A stretch of 64,000 nucleotides of DNA from Owenia fusiformis (taxonomy: Eukaryota), in NCBI GenBank assembly GCA_903813345.2, contig CAIIXF020000001.1:42408001-42472000 (forward strand), written 5' to 3'. How positions within the stretch are numbered: the first letter of the stretch is position 1; each line of letters starts with the position of its first letter. Below, piece after piece: positions 49,313 through 63,941 of this stretch. The position numbers and the translations under genes are program-made. The notes under the pieces were generated by a model. That model made no database searches, was not told where the DNA came from, and saw nothing but the letters and a program-made list of their open reading frames with translations.

Positions 49313-50396
49313 GATTGGATAGACACGCAGTTTGGAAATATCAGGCACGCAGTTTGGGAATAGAGGAGTTTCTAAATAGCTTTGAAATCTCGCTAATTCT
49401 CGTTTTTACATGAGATAATAAGAGATTTGCACTTTTTTCCTCTAATGGATTACTTTTCTTTATTTTTGATAGCTTATTTGGATTCAGTGACAAATTTTCC
49501 CCAATTATAGCTTTGATGTAAACAGTTATGTCATTTAAATCATTTTCCATGACATTTTAAAAAAACTTGGGCCAAATCTCCATTGGTGCAATGCTGAAAT
49601 TCATTAAAACCTTGGTTTATTCGTATGACAACCAATATTTTCATGTTTAATCACAATATGTACATCGTCAGGGTCATCCAATAATATGCCATTCAAATTT
49701 CAGACAGATTCAACCAACACTCTTTGATAAATCATGAAATTAAGTGACTGTTGCAAGTTTCTAGCATTGGAGTAAGTGGAGGTCTGGCCCTAGAAAATCA
49801 TACACAAACAAGGGTGACATCTATTATGTCAGGACTTTTCAGCTATTTAGAAACTGAGAATGAGAATATCAAAATGAGAATATCAAACTTGTAGAATTTC
49901 ACCAGTGTAGTTATTCATTACTTATATTTACATACAGTGAGTTGTATATATACGTATAACTGATTTAAATACTTGTTTTAACAGCATTTTAATAATGGTT
50001 CATTAGTTTGGGTGATATGGGATTTTATTGGACTTTATCAAATTATTAAATGTTTCTATAAATGTAATTTCTTGCTTGTTAAATAAAAATGTGATCCTAG
50101 AGATGTGAAGCTGTATTTTTAAACCGTCTCCCTTTATTGTTTAATTTCAATAAAATATGTTGAATACTAAATGTGATCTTTTGTTGTTATAAATTGGGTG
50201 TCTTTTCAGAGTAAGGTTATCTACCAACCAAAATAATCATGTCCAGATAATATGAGTCACTCTGACAGTTGGCAATATACGATAACAAATTACACATGAC
50301 GCGATTCAATATGACACAAAACAATGAATACGGTACAAATACGATGTTCGTTCGTATATATAATTGTGTTTTCTCTTAAATTTTCATTAATCAATA

Positions 50397-50559
50397 CAGG
50401 CCCGTAGTCAGTGGGGTCGATAGATTCTAGTGAATCCCTCCTTCGGCCAAACATGCCGTTTTCACCATTCTGAGCACTTTGATTCTGGTCAAATTTGGAC
50501 CAAAATTGCCCAAACTTTTAAAAGTTGAATTCCCTTGGCAAAAGCTTGCTACGAGCCTG
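50397..50559. mobile_element. 163-bp MITE, CAG ends, 5-bp TSD
   Basis: CAGGCCCGTAG ... CTACGAGCCTG with TSD CAATA on both sides. Confidence 0.8.
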
Positions 50560-51307
50560 CAATATGCATTGCTCTTTGCAAGAATTTATTGAGCTATTAT
50601 CTGAAAATTGACATTATATAACTCACAGTCTCTGCTGTCATTCTTCACAAAATCCACCTTAATCTCTCCAGATGAGACATACAAGTATGCCGAACTAATA
50701 GATCTTGGCAATTTATGTTGTCAGATAAATTGGCCTGTAATTGCAAATAATCATGAACAGTAAATTAATGTTATTTTTCTTTGATTTGCAATTGTGAGAG
50801 ATATCAAGATGATTATGGATCAAAGAGTGAGTTTATCTAATCACCGTTTAGGTGAACTCGGGGGCAGGATTGTTCGCCAAGTTATTGCTGAACTGTACCT
50901 AACCTGATTAATGTGCGTTCGTAATTCAAATGCATCAATTCTATTTTTTCCTCCGTTCATTTTCTCCCAAGAAAAGTACAAATGCACTTTTTGAAAGATG
51001 GATTTATTGAGTATCAATGAATCTTCACAAGATTTATTGAACATCTCAATAGTTAAAACAAATCTTACCTAACCGATGGTTTGTTACTGAATGGCCTGGT
51101 CTTGTAAGTGTTCATTTTAAGTCATAAACATGATGAGGCCCGTAGGCATAATTTGCCAAGGGAGTCACTTATTGAAAAATTCAAGGGAGGTTCACATTTG
51201 ACAATTTTGGATCAAAAATGGCCAAAATCACATAAAAAGTGCTAAGAATGGCGAAACACTGCATGATTTTGAAATAATGTTTTGGCAAGGGGGGGGGGGT
51301 AAATATA

Positions 51308-51624
51308 CAGTGCGTCCCAAAAAACGCAACAAACAAATACATTGTAAATGGTAAAATCACAAAACCAGATTTCACCCGATTTTTGATTTAGTTTACCAGA
51401 AAGGCACATGTCTCCTCTTTCCGATGGTATGTCAATTATTCATATACGACAACAGGCCACTGAATAATTATTCCTTTTGCACAACATCAGAAATCAGAAA
51501 CTTGTGTTATGTAAATTTAGTGACAAGAATTTAATCCCCAGTACCAATTACATATAATGATTTACCTGATTGCTCAATAAGGATCAGTTGATTGATATTT
51601 CATAACGTTTTTAGGGACGCACTG
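51308..51624. mobile_element. Tc1/mariner-type MITE, 317 bp
   Basis: TA-CAGTGCGTCCCAAAAAACG ... CGTTTTTAGGGACGCACTG-TA. Confidence 0.85.
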
Positions 51625-51898
51625 TATATGGTAAAACTATAACCCCTGAAAAATTCATTGAAATCCATGAACCAATCAAAATGTTGTGAAATTATTATCT
51701 TTATTTCCTGAACTCCTGAATGTCCTGTAAAACATGTGTTCTTTGAACCCCGGGGGTTTCCCCTCTTAGGTTTTACAATAACATATTGTCATGGAACTGA
51801 CATCTATCTTGTCTTATAATCAATATACAGTATTAAAAAATACAATTACACTTTCTCGATCGTCATCTTTATTCGCTCTAACAACCATTATACATGGT

Positions 51899-53195
51899 CA
51901 GGGGCGTGTGTAAATTCAACACTACGCCGAAAAAATCCCACCAAAACTATGAAACAATTGTGTCAAATCTTCTATATACCTATTTTATGCTCGTTAACCG
52001 TCATTTTATGGCATTAGAATGCAATGTTTTAATAACCTAAATGTAAACGGAAATGTTTAAGCGATGCATTTGTATGGGCGATTGGTCATACGTATAGGTT
52101 GGCGTTTCGATTTTATATGCAAGCTAAAATCCTTGCTGCCCCTTTTTATGTGCTTAAAATGTTCGAATAATTTTCATCATTTAAAATCACCATGGAAAAT
52201 TAAAAATCATTCTCACATTTCTTATGTCTCGAACGATATAGACGATCAATTTTCAAATAACAATGAGAGATTTTTAATCATTTTCGAATAATGAGATATA
52301 TATTATTGTCTGATTCCATCGTGTACCGTGCAATACGACACGTACAGATTAAAGAACCTAGCTTGATCAATTGATTTAAAGAAACGCATTCGTGATCAAA
52401 GAAACAATTAACCATAATGTCTGTAACCTTTTTTAACACTAATTCGCAAGACCAAATAAACTTCCCACCACAAAGGTCAAATCGAGGTCAACGTGACTTA
52501 GGGGGTGCCAAAAATGTTATATTTCCTAAAACAATAATCTATTATCTTTCCAATTAAATAAAAATTTAGGTAATAGCTTTTCTAGAACTGAAATCGATGG
52601 AACGCATATTTGAATAATCAACATTTTCAAGTTGTTTTTGTCTTTAACATTCATATTTCATGAAGTACTACCAATAACAATTGGTGATTTAGTAAGAAAA
52701 TAGATAATTGCTGACTTAACTATAATTTCTGTCTATGATTCTGCCTAGCAACGGAATATAAATCGATATAGTGAAATTGAAAAATTGGGGTAGGGGAGAA
52801 TAACAAAATATACATCTCATTTAAAGAGGTTCATCATTATAATTTAACGGTACCACATTGCATTACAGAACATGCGCAAAAAAATGCAAAGGTATTCATC
52901 AAGTAGTTTTTGTAAAAAAAAGTTTTTTCTCAAATTCGTGAAGAGAACGCGAAATTGTATTTTAGTTTTAAAATCCATAAGATAGTCATTAGTGGCTCGA
53001 TTATCATGAAATAAAGCATGTTACTTTGCATTTTCTACAGTATTATCCACAAAACATTTCTTTAGGTTAGTGTGCTCGTGATTACTTTTGCACAATACAA
53101 TGAGAAAATATGAATAAAGAACATAGGAAAATTAATAAGCCTTTTTATTCTCACTTTTCACTGGCGTTTTGGCGTACATTGTTCCTACGCCACTG
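51899..53195. mobile_element. 1.3-kb CAG-ended non-autonomous element, 5-bp TSD
   Basis: CAGGGGCGT...TACGCCGAAA / TTTTGGCGTA...ACGCCACTG imperfect TIR, with TSD ATGGT on both sides. Confidence 0.7.
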
Positions 53196-56191
53196 ATGGT
53201 GGCCTACAAAACTAACTGTTGTGTCGACATATTTCTATATACAAAAGAATCTATTCAATATGATTGATTTTTGTTATAAAACTATTGGTTCCAATATAAC
53301 AGTTATACTACATTGTTTCTCATGTCATTGAATAGTGTCTGTATCATTCAACAAATCAACATTCAACAATCTCAATGCCTCAGAGTTTTAACAAAATTTC
53401 TTCAGATAGAACAAAAGGCAGCCTTTCTTAAACAATAATGCCAATGTTTTCCGCTTTCGGTGTAATAAAAAATGGATAACGACTGAAACACAACAATGAA
53501 ATATATATAATGTCTAGATCTACTTCAAATGAGGTTACATATGGAGTTCGAAATGCGATCGGGTGCAGGAGTATATAATAAAGTACTTACCTAAAAATTG
53601 GGCAGAAACTTCTTATAAAACAGGTTAAGTTGGTCGGAGGTAAGTGAAAGAAAAACGTTTATTGAAATCGGATCTTTACACATTATCGCATTCTCTATAA
53701 TGAGCGGACACAGTTTAATGAGTTCACATTCGACTTTTTATGATGAATATTGTCTCAAGAAAACACTGAGCTTATGTTAATTTCGATCATTTACACATGT
53801 TAACAATATGTCGATTGATGATTATATTTAATGCAGAGAAAGAAATACAAAAAATTGTATTTGATAACAAATAATTGTCTAATCGACGATTCTGTTGTCT
53901 TCTAAACTATTTGTTCGCAATCGTGTAAATTTTCTTAAACATATGATACTGACACACGCGTTTGATAAAATGTTGATCTAGTCCAGACATTTATCATGAA
54001 TTGGTAAAACTACAAGATAAACAATTCTCAAATGCTGTACTCGCACAACTTCGTAGTACCTATTATATCAATCATAAAAGAAATTAATAACGTTATGATA
54101 TTGTTATCGTGCAACTTCTAAGGAAACTCAAAAGAACAATCCAGAACACAAGTTTGGCCAACAAAAATTAAGTGGCGCCATTCAAATACGACGGTTTTTA
54201 CCATCCAATGGGCATACTCACAGAGTGAAAAATGTACCATACAGGGCAGCCATCTAATGAACCACATACAAGCCATCTACCATTTTCTCAGCTTTTAGAT
54301 AACATTAATTGTAAGATGTCTGAACAAATGATCACTGAGATTTCGCTCCGGAAAAATTTGTTCAGTTCCCCTGGTAGATAAATAAGGGGCAAGACCATTG
54401 AGTCAAAGGAGATTAAAATAGAATTCCATAATCACACAACTTTTAAATACCTATATCAATTATGAAATAAACATACAATGTACTTGTTATGCAACTTATA
54501 GGAAAACTCAAAATTAAACGGGTTGAACATTCGTACACGCGTATTGTATGTTTTATGTCATATGTTTCATAACAAAACATTTCCGGATGCATTACCTTAG
54601 CTGCTTATTTTTTCTTTTGATAGTATACCATCTTCTAGGAAAGGGCCCTTGAAGTGCCCGTTGTATGTCTAATAACACACGTAATAACAGCAATTAACTT
54701 TGCAGTGACAAAATAATTATCAACAACCCTAGAGAAAGTGCAATTTTTTACTAGAAAATGATACGGATGAAACAATGATATGAAATAATAAAATCCGCTA
54801 ACCTATTGTCTCCATTGTTTTATACCAGCTAGGGACAATCCAGATATGATATATAATTACAACAATGGAGGGAACTATTGAGAGGCCTCAGATGATTTAG
54901 TCAGCGGACGTATCTGAACCAATTAGATAGAGGTATTTCAAAGCAATGGATCCGATGAGGATGGGATTAACATACACTTTGGATAAAATTCCTGGGGCTC
55001 GATTGAGACAGGTGGGGATGTTGTGTCATCGCGTTTCATAAAAATCTTACTTATCTTACTTAGTCATCTGGATTTCTCCCACTTGACGTTAAATTCAAAT
55101 TTGGAATCATCGTCCATGGCATTAACCGAAGACGAACCATCTGCACTAATAGAATGCATCGGAATTGTACCAAAAACATTGGTGATACCCTTGAAATAAT
55201 AAAAGAGGTAAGTAGATTATCTCATTATCTCATCACTATCGTGGCTTGCTTAGCTGAACCTTTAATTGATATATAAATGTGATAGATATTGGTTTGTATT
55301 ATGTCTCAGCTATACAAGTGACAGGATATGAGTACATTTCTATAGAACAGCTAATATCGTCCCCAAGTTTTTAAAATATTTTAGTATAATAACAAAGTGT
55401 GTCAAACTATAAGGCACAATAGGCCACGATTGAAAAAAAACTACAATAGGATACATGTGTGTCTTACACCGAACTGGTATATTACTGAGGTACGTTGTAC
55501 TTAACTCCTCGGTAGCAAGCGATTTTACATGGTTTAATAATGAGAGCAAATGAAAGTTATGATAAGATATCATTCATGATTTATCAATATAATTTGATAC
55601 ACTCTATTCTATAGTAAAGCTTCTGCTATACACTATATAATACACAGCATTGACATATGAGCGTAAATGTATATGGACATATATTGATATTCGGTAGATG
55701 TCTAGAAGCAACAAATATGGAAACGATTATCATAATAAATAAATCTCAAAGAGCACGTAAGTTTTATATGTAAACATAAAAACGCCGTATTGCTTAACGT
55801 CTAACGTGTTAATGTCAATCTTACTGCTTGTTTCACTTAGCGGGTCGTATATGCTTAAGTTAACCAAAGGGAGGTTTTCTGTGGAGAAAAGTTCATCATT
55901 TCAATACAAAGCAAAACACATCATTTAAAAACGATGAATTAGAGAATACTTAGCTAAAGACAGAGTCAGCAAATCATGCAACCCTATCACAAACACGCCA
56001 ACCATAAAACGACGGTGACATAAACCATGGTCAAAAATATTGATGATGTAAACTTTTTAATCTTGATTAATACTAGAGAACAACATAACAACTTAGGAAT
56101 CAAATGGATGGCTAACCAGTGCAACGACATAAACTGCTATTTGTGAATATGAGTAGTTCTTGTTAGTAGTCTTGGAATTTAATTTAAAATA

Positions 56192-56648
56192 AACTGGGTG
56201 ACCAAATAACGGACAGATGAATTTAATTACCTCAATCAATCTTACCTTGCCTTGAAATATTAAAAAATTATTTCGTTCATCCAATGTGAATTTTAGTTGT
56301 GAAAGATTGTTGATAATCTGCCTATTGAGTCAAAACTACGGTTTAAGATTAGTAAGTTTTAGGGTTCTGTCAGTGTACACGTTATGTTTGAGGAATCAAC
56401 ACAGATAACAAATTCAAGATCGAGATCTGGTGAATTAAATTGTCCATTCAAAGATCTTTAATATGTTTAATGTTTGAGGCATGTTTCGTAAAGTACCATA
56501 CCTTTTGAATCAATAAGCAGATTATCATAAAACTTTCACTACAAAATTCACTTTGAATGAACTAAATAATTCTGACATTTAAGGCAAAAATGCAAGATTG
56601 ACCAAGGTAATCAACTTTCATTCGGTCCCGTTTTTTTAAAACTCGTAT
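56192..56648. mobile_element. Old palindromic MITE (Tc1/mariner-like)
   Basis: Diverged inverted arms, e.g. GTGAATTTTAGTTGTGAAAG...TGATAATCTGCCTATTGA / TCAATAAGCAGATTATCA...CTTTCACTACAAAATTCAC. Confidence 0.6.
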
Positions 56649-57660
56649 AATTGGAGGATATTTTTAACCACATTGCCTTGGGAATCCTCATACTCAAAAC
56701 TACAAACTACACAAACTAGTTCAAATTAGTTTTAAATATGCCAAACGTTTAATCTGTATTTAAAAAATCTCCCCAGCCCTTAATGATATTTCAAAAACAA
56801 AACACTTCGCGTAGATGATAACAGCCCTCTAAAATTCAATAAAAAAGATTTATGCTTCTCTAATAGGTTCACAATTAATATGAATGAGAGATACGATAAC
56901 GTATGTATTTTAAAAACTGCTCCGACAAGATGTCGTATAATTACATCCGATTCTGTTGTAAAGAAGGTGTAGATGCCAACAAGGTCAATTGAGCCAATTT
57001 AAAAGAATACATTTCGAGTAATGTTGACCATAATGTAGTGGCACAACTGTAGAACAATGAGCTCATTCATAAACAGATACCTGGCTTAGTGGTTATTGTT
57101 ACTTCAATTAATTAAAACTGCAGTGCAACAATTAGAAAGATTTTAACACAATTCCCGAAACAAGCGTCGAACAGAATTACCTTTTTATGAAGGTTTGCTA
57201 CATGCAAGTCCTCTAATACACCGATCGTCGGAGAATTCTTAATTTAAGTATACGACTTGTTTTCCAAAAAATATCTTATTAAAGGGGCAACAAAGCCTGT
57301 AGAGAGAAAATTCCCCAAATCTTCCAAGACATATCTATTTTAAATGTATGGATAAACTATCTATTTCAGCATTAAGAAGTGTAAATTCAGTTCAACGCTT
57401 CTATAAGGGGAGCCCCACTTCTAGATTTTTAAGATCTACCACGTTTCAAGAGGAATATCAGCTGAAATAATGTTCATCCAATGGGTTTCTTTGGAGATAA
57501 TAAACACGTTCACCCCTAGGTCAAGCTGACCTCCATTTGACCGTTGCTTACCTACTTCTTAAAAAACAATACATTTCTGAAGAGGTTATTGAATAAGATT
57601 AACAACAATTCAAATATTAGTGAAATCAAACTAGAAATAATAAAAATCACTCCTCCCCCT

Positions 57661-59814
57661 CACAGGCTGGTATCGAAAAAATTGTCCGCTGTGACGGAGC
57701 GTGCTATTTTGCATAGAAACACTAGGAAATCCATACAATTTATTTTTCTACTCATATGTTTTGCTATATCAAAGAAAATTACTGACTCCATGCAATGAAT
57801 ATATCATTTACGGGTAACTTTAACTTCTGTTTGAAGTCCAACAACGCTAAGAGTAAAAGCTATTGAAAACGGCGTCGGAGTATCATACTCCAAAATGTAC
57901 CATTTCTTTTATTTCTTTTTAATGGTACAATATAGCGACACGATAATATTTACATATGTTTTCAGCATAACTCTGAAGGTATTAATGAGATCTTTATGTA
58001 TTGGGTATTTTTAACTTTTTTTATAAAAAATAATGTTTAAATTTTTTGTCCGCTGTGACGGAGCAGTTTCAAAACTGGAATACGTTAAGAATTTAGATTT
58101 ATAATGTATCTCTTTATAACTACACGTTAGAGGAATAACTACACGTTAGAGGGAGCGTATCAAATCTCTTTCGTAAAGTATTCTGAAAATAAAACGGAAT
58201 AAAAGTACACAATTAAAATTCTGAGAGGTATATACGACCACTCTTTAAGCTTCTTTTCTCAGTTTGTACTGTAATCCAAGTTATGCATGGTAACTCATGA
58301 AAATGATAGTCAACTTCATTTCAGTATAGGGTGTTTGCCTTTCGTATTGCCTTCTGTGGATCCATCACCTGACATGGTCATTTTTTATGGTAACTTATAT
58401 ACAGTAATAGTATGTGGTAAAAGGTTATACATCTGTCGGAATGCAGGATGTCTGTGCGCTATTTCGAATAAATTCATATTATCCCTATTTCTGTTACGCG
58501 GTAAACACGATACAAAAATATGCCATTTTCCGCAACGAATATGCCATATTCACTTGCGGTGTATGACAGATTCACCTGCGGTATATGGCATACACACTAA
58601 CCAATGAGAACGTGAAACGGAAGAATGCAATTGTCAATTGCATCGATTGAACGAACAAGTAAAACTTTATAAATTATTATAATGATTACTGAATCAACAG
58701 TACAGTTTATCGAATACATCAACGTATGCAGAAGTATCACTCACCAATCTCACGTAATAAACTTACCCAATCAACCCAGGATTCATATATTAGTACTCGA
58801 CGCACTGACAGTAATGGTAATCCAGCGTAGTTTTACATTCAGAGTCGATTCTCGCAACCAATCAAACCAAGTCTTTCTGTATCACGTTTTCATCTGCGGT
58901 ATATGTCATATTCACCTGCGGTATATGGCATATTCCGCAAGTGAGTATGACATATTCTGAAGGTGAGTATCGGGTTTTCACTGAATTCAATGCATCACAT
59001 ATTCACTGCGGAATTTCGCATACTCACCTGCGGAATATGCCATATACCGCAGGTGAGTATGGCATTTTCACCCGTATCACAAATACCGCGCAACCATGAA
59101 TGTATGACATATTCCGCGTAACAATTTACACTACACGTGATATTCTAAGACGTCTTGGCGAAACGTATTAGAAATATTATGTTGAGTTTACACCATGTTG
59201 ATTCATGTTGATTCATGTTGATTTCAGTACAAACCTCCGAAAAATGCTAAGAGTGGTCGTTTTTATATCTCAGATTTACATTACTCCAGATCTCTCAGAG
59301 GCTACTTCTCATAATTTAGGAAAGTGATTTGTGACGTTCTCTCTTCTAAGGGTACTTTTAAAAGGTATAATTTGAATCTTAAATTCATAACGTAGTTCAC
59401 AGTTAAAACTGCTCCGTCACAGCTGACAAAAAATTTAAACATTATTTTTTATAAAAAATATTAAAAATACCCAATACATCAAGATATCATTAATACCTTC
59501 AGAGTTATGCTGAAAACATATGTAAATATTATCGTGTCACTATATTGTACCATTAAAAAGAAATAAAAGAAATGGTACATTTTGGAGTATGATACTCCGA
59601 CGCCGTTTTCAATAGCTTTTACTCTTAGCGTTGTTGGACTTCAAACAAAAGTTAAAGTTACCCGCAAATGATATACCCATTGCATGGAGTGAGAAACTTT
59701 CTTTGGTATAGCGAAACATATGAGTAAAAAAATAAATTGTGTGGGTTTCTTAGTGTTTCTATGCAAAATAGTACGCTCCGTCACAGCGGACAAATATTTC
59801 GATACCAGCCTGTG
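57661..59814 (+). mobile_element. Family C element (Transib-like), copy 2
   Basis: Same TIRs as 27643-29587, with TSD CCCCT on both sides. Confidence 0.9.
58492..59123 (-). mobile_element. Family B element (Ginger-like), copy 2, nested in family C copy 2
   Basis: TGTTACGCGG ... CCGCGTAACA with flanks ATTTC/ATTTA. The empty site CCCT-ATTTA-CACTAC is visible in copy 1 at about 28902-28916. Confidence 0.88.
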
Positions 59815-61617
59815 CCCCTCCCCCTTCGACTTTTGCTATTAACGTTGCGTTGCAGACATTAGGGTTAAACAGTCCTAAAACGTTAAATGACAAAGTGATA
59901 ATATACGAAATTTACTATAATTGACTTCATTTGAAGGATAATTCCTCAAAATGCATCATATACTAGTACGTATAACAGATGTGCAAAATATATAAAAAAA
60001 GTGTATCTTATATAACGGTTGTGAAAAAGAAATTTACACCCCAAAGTATGTGTATGATATAAAACGTTTATGAAAAAAATCATTATACGCCTACCCTAAT
60101 ATTTAAGGGGGTTAAACTTTAAATCTGAGCTCTGATTGACACAATACATAATCTTCTAAGAAATAAAATGGAAATAAAAAAGTTAGGATAATCTGAGTCT
60201 AACGTGAACAATATAATGCCAACAAGGTTAGGGCTACATAACACAGTAAATATATTATTTAATAGGCCTTAGCTTGATTCAGATACTAGTACATCGTCTA
60301 AAATGGTCATCAAAAGAAAACATTGAGGTTTTGTTATCATTGCTGTTTAGCACGGCCCCAATCCCCAATACTTTGCACTACATGAAACATGGATTATGAT
60401 TTTATGCCTGAATGCCAAGTTAACATCCGAACAGACGAATATTTACTCATGAATTTGGCAACATTAAATTGTATATCATAAAGAGGTACACGTGTTTGGA
60501 TAAAATCAATTAATTGAGAGATCTAGAATACACAAGTAAGTTGAAAAAGGAAATAAAGACTAATCTAACATTATAAACATGGGAATGACTAACAATTTTT
60601 TTAATTCAAAAGGATGACCCTGAAATTTTGCTAAATATGTCTGGTAAACACTAATTAAATTATAAGTTATCTGAGACTACAAACCAGTTTGATTGCACTG
60701 ACGTAACAAAGTATTGGGTATCCAAGGCAGAATTAGAAATCTGCATTTATTTAGACGTTTCTTCAACTAAAACTGTAGAAATGAAATCTTAATGTAGTAT
60801 TTTACCTCATTTAGCCTTTGTCTAACCTATTTACATTATTGCTTCTTCTTTTTTAACCTGGCTACGCCTTGCTTAAAGTGAATATATAAATGAGTTAAAA
60901 TTTTGCTTATGGACTTAGAATCTTAGGTAGATGGTACATGTATGTTTGCATATTGAAAGCATGCGAAAACGCGTCATTAGAACTTAAACCTGCTTGCAAG
61001 TTGTTTGTGAATCAATATTTCGGCTGATGTTTCATAAGTATGGTATCAGATTATTTAAACCAGATTCATATGATCATGTCTATCTTAGATCTTTTCAATG
61101 TTAAATTCAAAATAAGGGGTACTTGTTATATATGCTTCTGTATTTACTATTTTATAAATACGGGAACAAACATTTCAAGTAATGTTCAATACCTTTATAG
61201 TTGGACAACTTTGCTACTGGGCACATATTCACAAGCACATTACTGTTTAAGCAATGATATTTTGTTGAAATTACAGTTTCGACGTATGATAGCACACGAA
61301 GAAATAATTATTAAGAAACATCATAAATATGACGTCTTAAAATAGTAGTCCCACCCAACGTAAGGTTTCGGGTTCAGTTGTATGTATTTCTTAATATGAT
61401 AATTATTACATCCAATTTCAGAAGGTGACAAAACAAAATGAGAAAGCCCCTGTAACCATTTCATTATATCTGCGAAGAATATAACTAGCACACGGGTCTT
61501 TCACGAGACGTCCAATTGACCAGTTAAGAGGAAGAATGGCTGAATTTCTTTGATTGACAAATACACAGCAACTTAAATCCATATAGAACAAACGTGTATA
61601 CAAAGACAATTGGACAA

Positions 61618-61927
61618 ATGATGTCATATCCAGGTAGCAAGTATAAGGCCTCTCTTAAAGATGAACCGACCAATGGAGAGGTTGAACTATTGAAGATGAA
61701 CTCTGAACCATCGAATGATCAAAATATGAACTGTGATCCAGAAAAGGTCCCATTTGAAACAAAACAAAATGGAAAAACGTTAATGGTGAATTACGTTGAC
61801 AGAACAACTTGCAGGAGAAGACGAACGAGTTTAGAGAAATATCTTATTGTTTTGTGTCTCATATTCCTCTGTGCATTTGTAACATTTCTTGTTCTAGCCC
61901 TCACAAAAGACGCATCTTTACACCAAG
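61618..61927 (+). CDS. Neprilysin / endothelin-converting enzyme-like M13 metallopeptidase, coding exon 1 (cytoplasmic tail and signal anchor)
   Basis: ATG follows an in-frame TGA at 61555. RRRRTSLEKYLIVLCLIFLCAFVTFLVLAL is a type II anchor. GTAAG donor at 61928; candidate upstream acceptor at 61421. Confidence 0.88.
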
Positions 61928-62115
61928 GTAAGCAACACATAAATGTTTGTGATTATTAAATGAGTAAAGATATAAATATCATCACTGTGACATAACGGAA
62001 TATAGTCTAAACGCACTTTAACGAGATTATTTAGCTAATCATTTATTGCTGAACAAATGAATGAAAATTAAAACTAATATGATAAGTAGGGTAGTATAAT
62101 CTTATTTTTATGTAG

Positions 62116-62199
62116 GTTTATCTAGTCAACTGATCCAATCAGCCGCCAACACTAAATCCAAAACTCAGCCATGTTTGACAAAATACTGTGTACAAACAG
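62116..62199 (+). CDS. M13 metallopeptidase, coding exon 2 (..TQPCLTKYCVQT)
   Basis: TAG acceptor and GTAAG donor, phase-consistent, with the CLT-x2-CV motif. Confidence 0.9.
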
Positions 62200-62574
62200 G
62201 TAAGTTTAAAACCCCTAAAACAAATATAAGTAGAAGTTACGAATGAATTCTGAGGTCTCTTATTTTCCCAAGACGATTGGAACGAAATATCACATTACTT
62301 TAACGATAAAATGTCATTTATATGTTCAACTGTATTTTTATAGCAAACTTCTTTTATTTCACGAAGTAACATCTTGATGTCACTCATGCTGCATAATTTT
62401 GAATTTTAATCAAACAAACGTTTCACGTGAGTCTTTTAAAAAAGCACAAACATCCTATATACAAATATCGTTTGACAATCTTTGTTAAAAAAATGTTTAC
62501 CTCATTTTCAAGTATCCTTGGTTTCAAGAAAATATTTTTTAAAGCTAGATTTTATCACAAAACTAATCGATACG

Positions 62575-63227
62575 GTTTAAACACTTTTTTCTCTTAAACC
62601 AATTATTGAAAACATTCTGACTGATTGACAACAATTTAATGCAAAACTTAAATACTTTTTTGTTTTTTAGTACAATTGTTTTTGTTCCTTTCTACCAATT
62701 CTTGAGAATAAAATAAAATGTCTTTCCGAACCTTGTTGGAACAAAATAGCATATACAACATTTTCTCAGACGTCTCAGTAATATAGTTATACAAAGGACA
62801 TTTTGGTTGGTTTCACAAAAAGTATTCAAAAATTTAAAACAACCCCCCCTCCCCAAATAGATAATAAATATTACGATAAATCTTTTATTTCATTAACAAG
62901 ATACTTTTTTTAAATCAACCAAAATTTCCTTTGGACAATTTCAAAATTGAGAGAGCTAAACAAGTTGTGTTTATGTCGTTTCGTTCCAATGAGGTTCGGA
63001 AAGATGTTTCATTTCATTCCGAACACATGATACCAAGAACAAAAGAAGTGTCTGATGTGTTTTCTAAAACAATATAGGGAAAAGTATATATAAATTTTTC
63101 AAATTATATTGTTACCATTCAAAAGATGATCATTAAATTGACGATGTGTAAATTTTTTAGAATTTTTTGATGACTGGTTTAAGAGAAACGTTTAAGAGAA
63201 AAGTTCAATTTTCATTGGCCCACCCTG
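62575..63227. mobile_element. Degenerate Tc1/mariner-type palindromic MITE in an intron
   Basis: Right end TTGGCCCACCCTG-TA, and inverted arms such as TCTTTCCGAACCT / AGGTTCGGAAAGA. The left terminus is not evident. Confidence 0.5.
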
Positions 63228-63347
63228 TATATGTGGCCCTAAAATAACTAAATAATATGTAGGCATAAGAGCAATGATTGTTGTTAAAATCGTTCCTTTT
63301 CATAAATATACCATATCAACAAACATATAATGCTTTCTTGGTTTTAG

Positions 63348-63509
63348 CTGCGTTTATGTCTAACAAGATGGACACGAATGTAGATCCGTGTGACGACTTT
63401 TTCAACTATGCATGCGGCACATGGAACCGGAAGCATGTCATACCAGAGGACAAATCTAGCTACAACACAATTGTAGAACTACATGACAGTTTGCAAATTA
63501 CTTTAAAAG
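63348..63509 (+). CDS. M13 metallopeptidase, coding exon 3
   Basis: MDTNVDPCDDFFNYACGTW signature with AG/GT boundaries in phase. Confidence 0.95.
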
Positions 63510-63857
63510 GTTTGTTTATTAGTATTAGTAAACGATGCAGATTTCGCACTACACTTTTAACAGTACATGTGTAGTTAAGTCTAAACCAAATAGCTAATTG
63601 TTGTTACACTATCATAGCAAGTCAATTTTCATACAAATACAGATTATAATGAGTAAATGATGGTCTAGTCATGTACAATCACATGTGTTGTGTAAAAACA
63701 TTTGATTGTTACCTAAGAAAAGTGTGATTACTTTATTGTAAAAATATGTCTCTTTTTATTATTTTCTGAGAGATGCCAGATAATGTTTATTCATAACAAT
63801 AACCTAACTTTGGTAATGTGATAACACAAAAAAAACTGTCGTAAATGCAATTTTCAG

Positions 63858-63941
63858 CACTATTGGAAGAGCCGAGGTTAGAATTGGATAGTAGAGCAAC
63901 TCTTCTTGCTAAAACGTTGTACAAATCGTGTGTGAATACAA
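63858..63941 (+). CDS. M13 metallopeptidase, coding exon 4 (gene continues beyond window)
   Basis: LLEEP...AKTLYKSCVN motif with TTTTCAG acceptor and GTGAG donor. Confidence 0.93.

Noticed and set aside
54850..55010. Possible Penelope/GIY-YIG C-terminal remnant
   Set aside because: No convincing reading frame or motif; impression only.
61040..61345. 101-aa ATG-initiated ORF upstream of the peptidase
   Set aside because: Low-complexity AT-rich translation with no motif and no splice link to the M13 exons.
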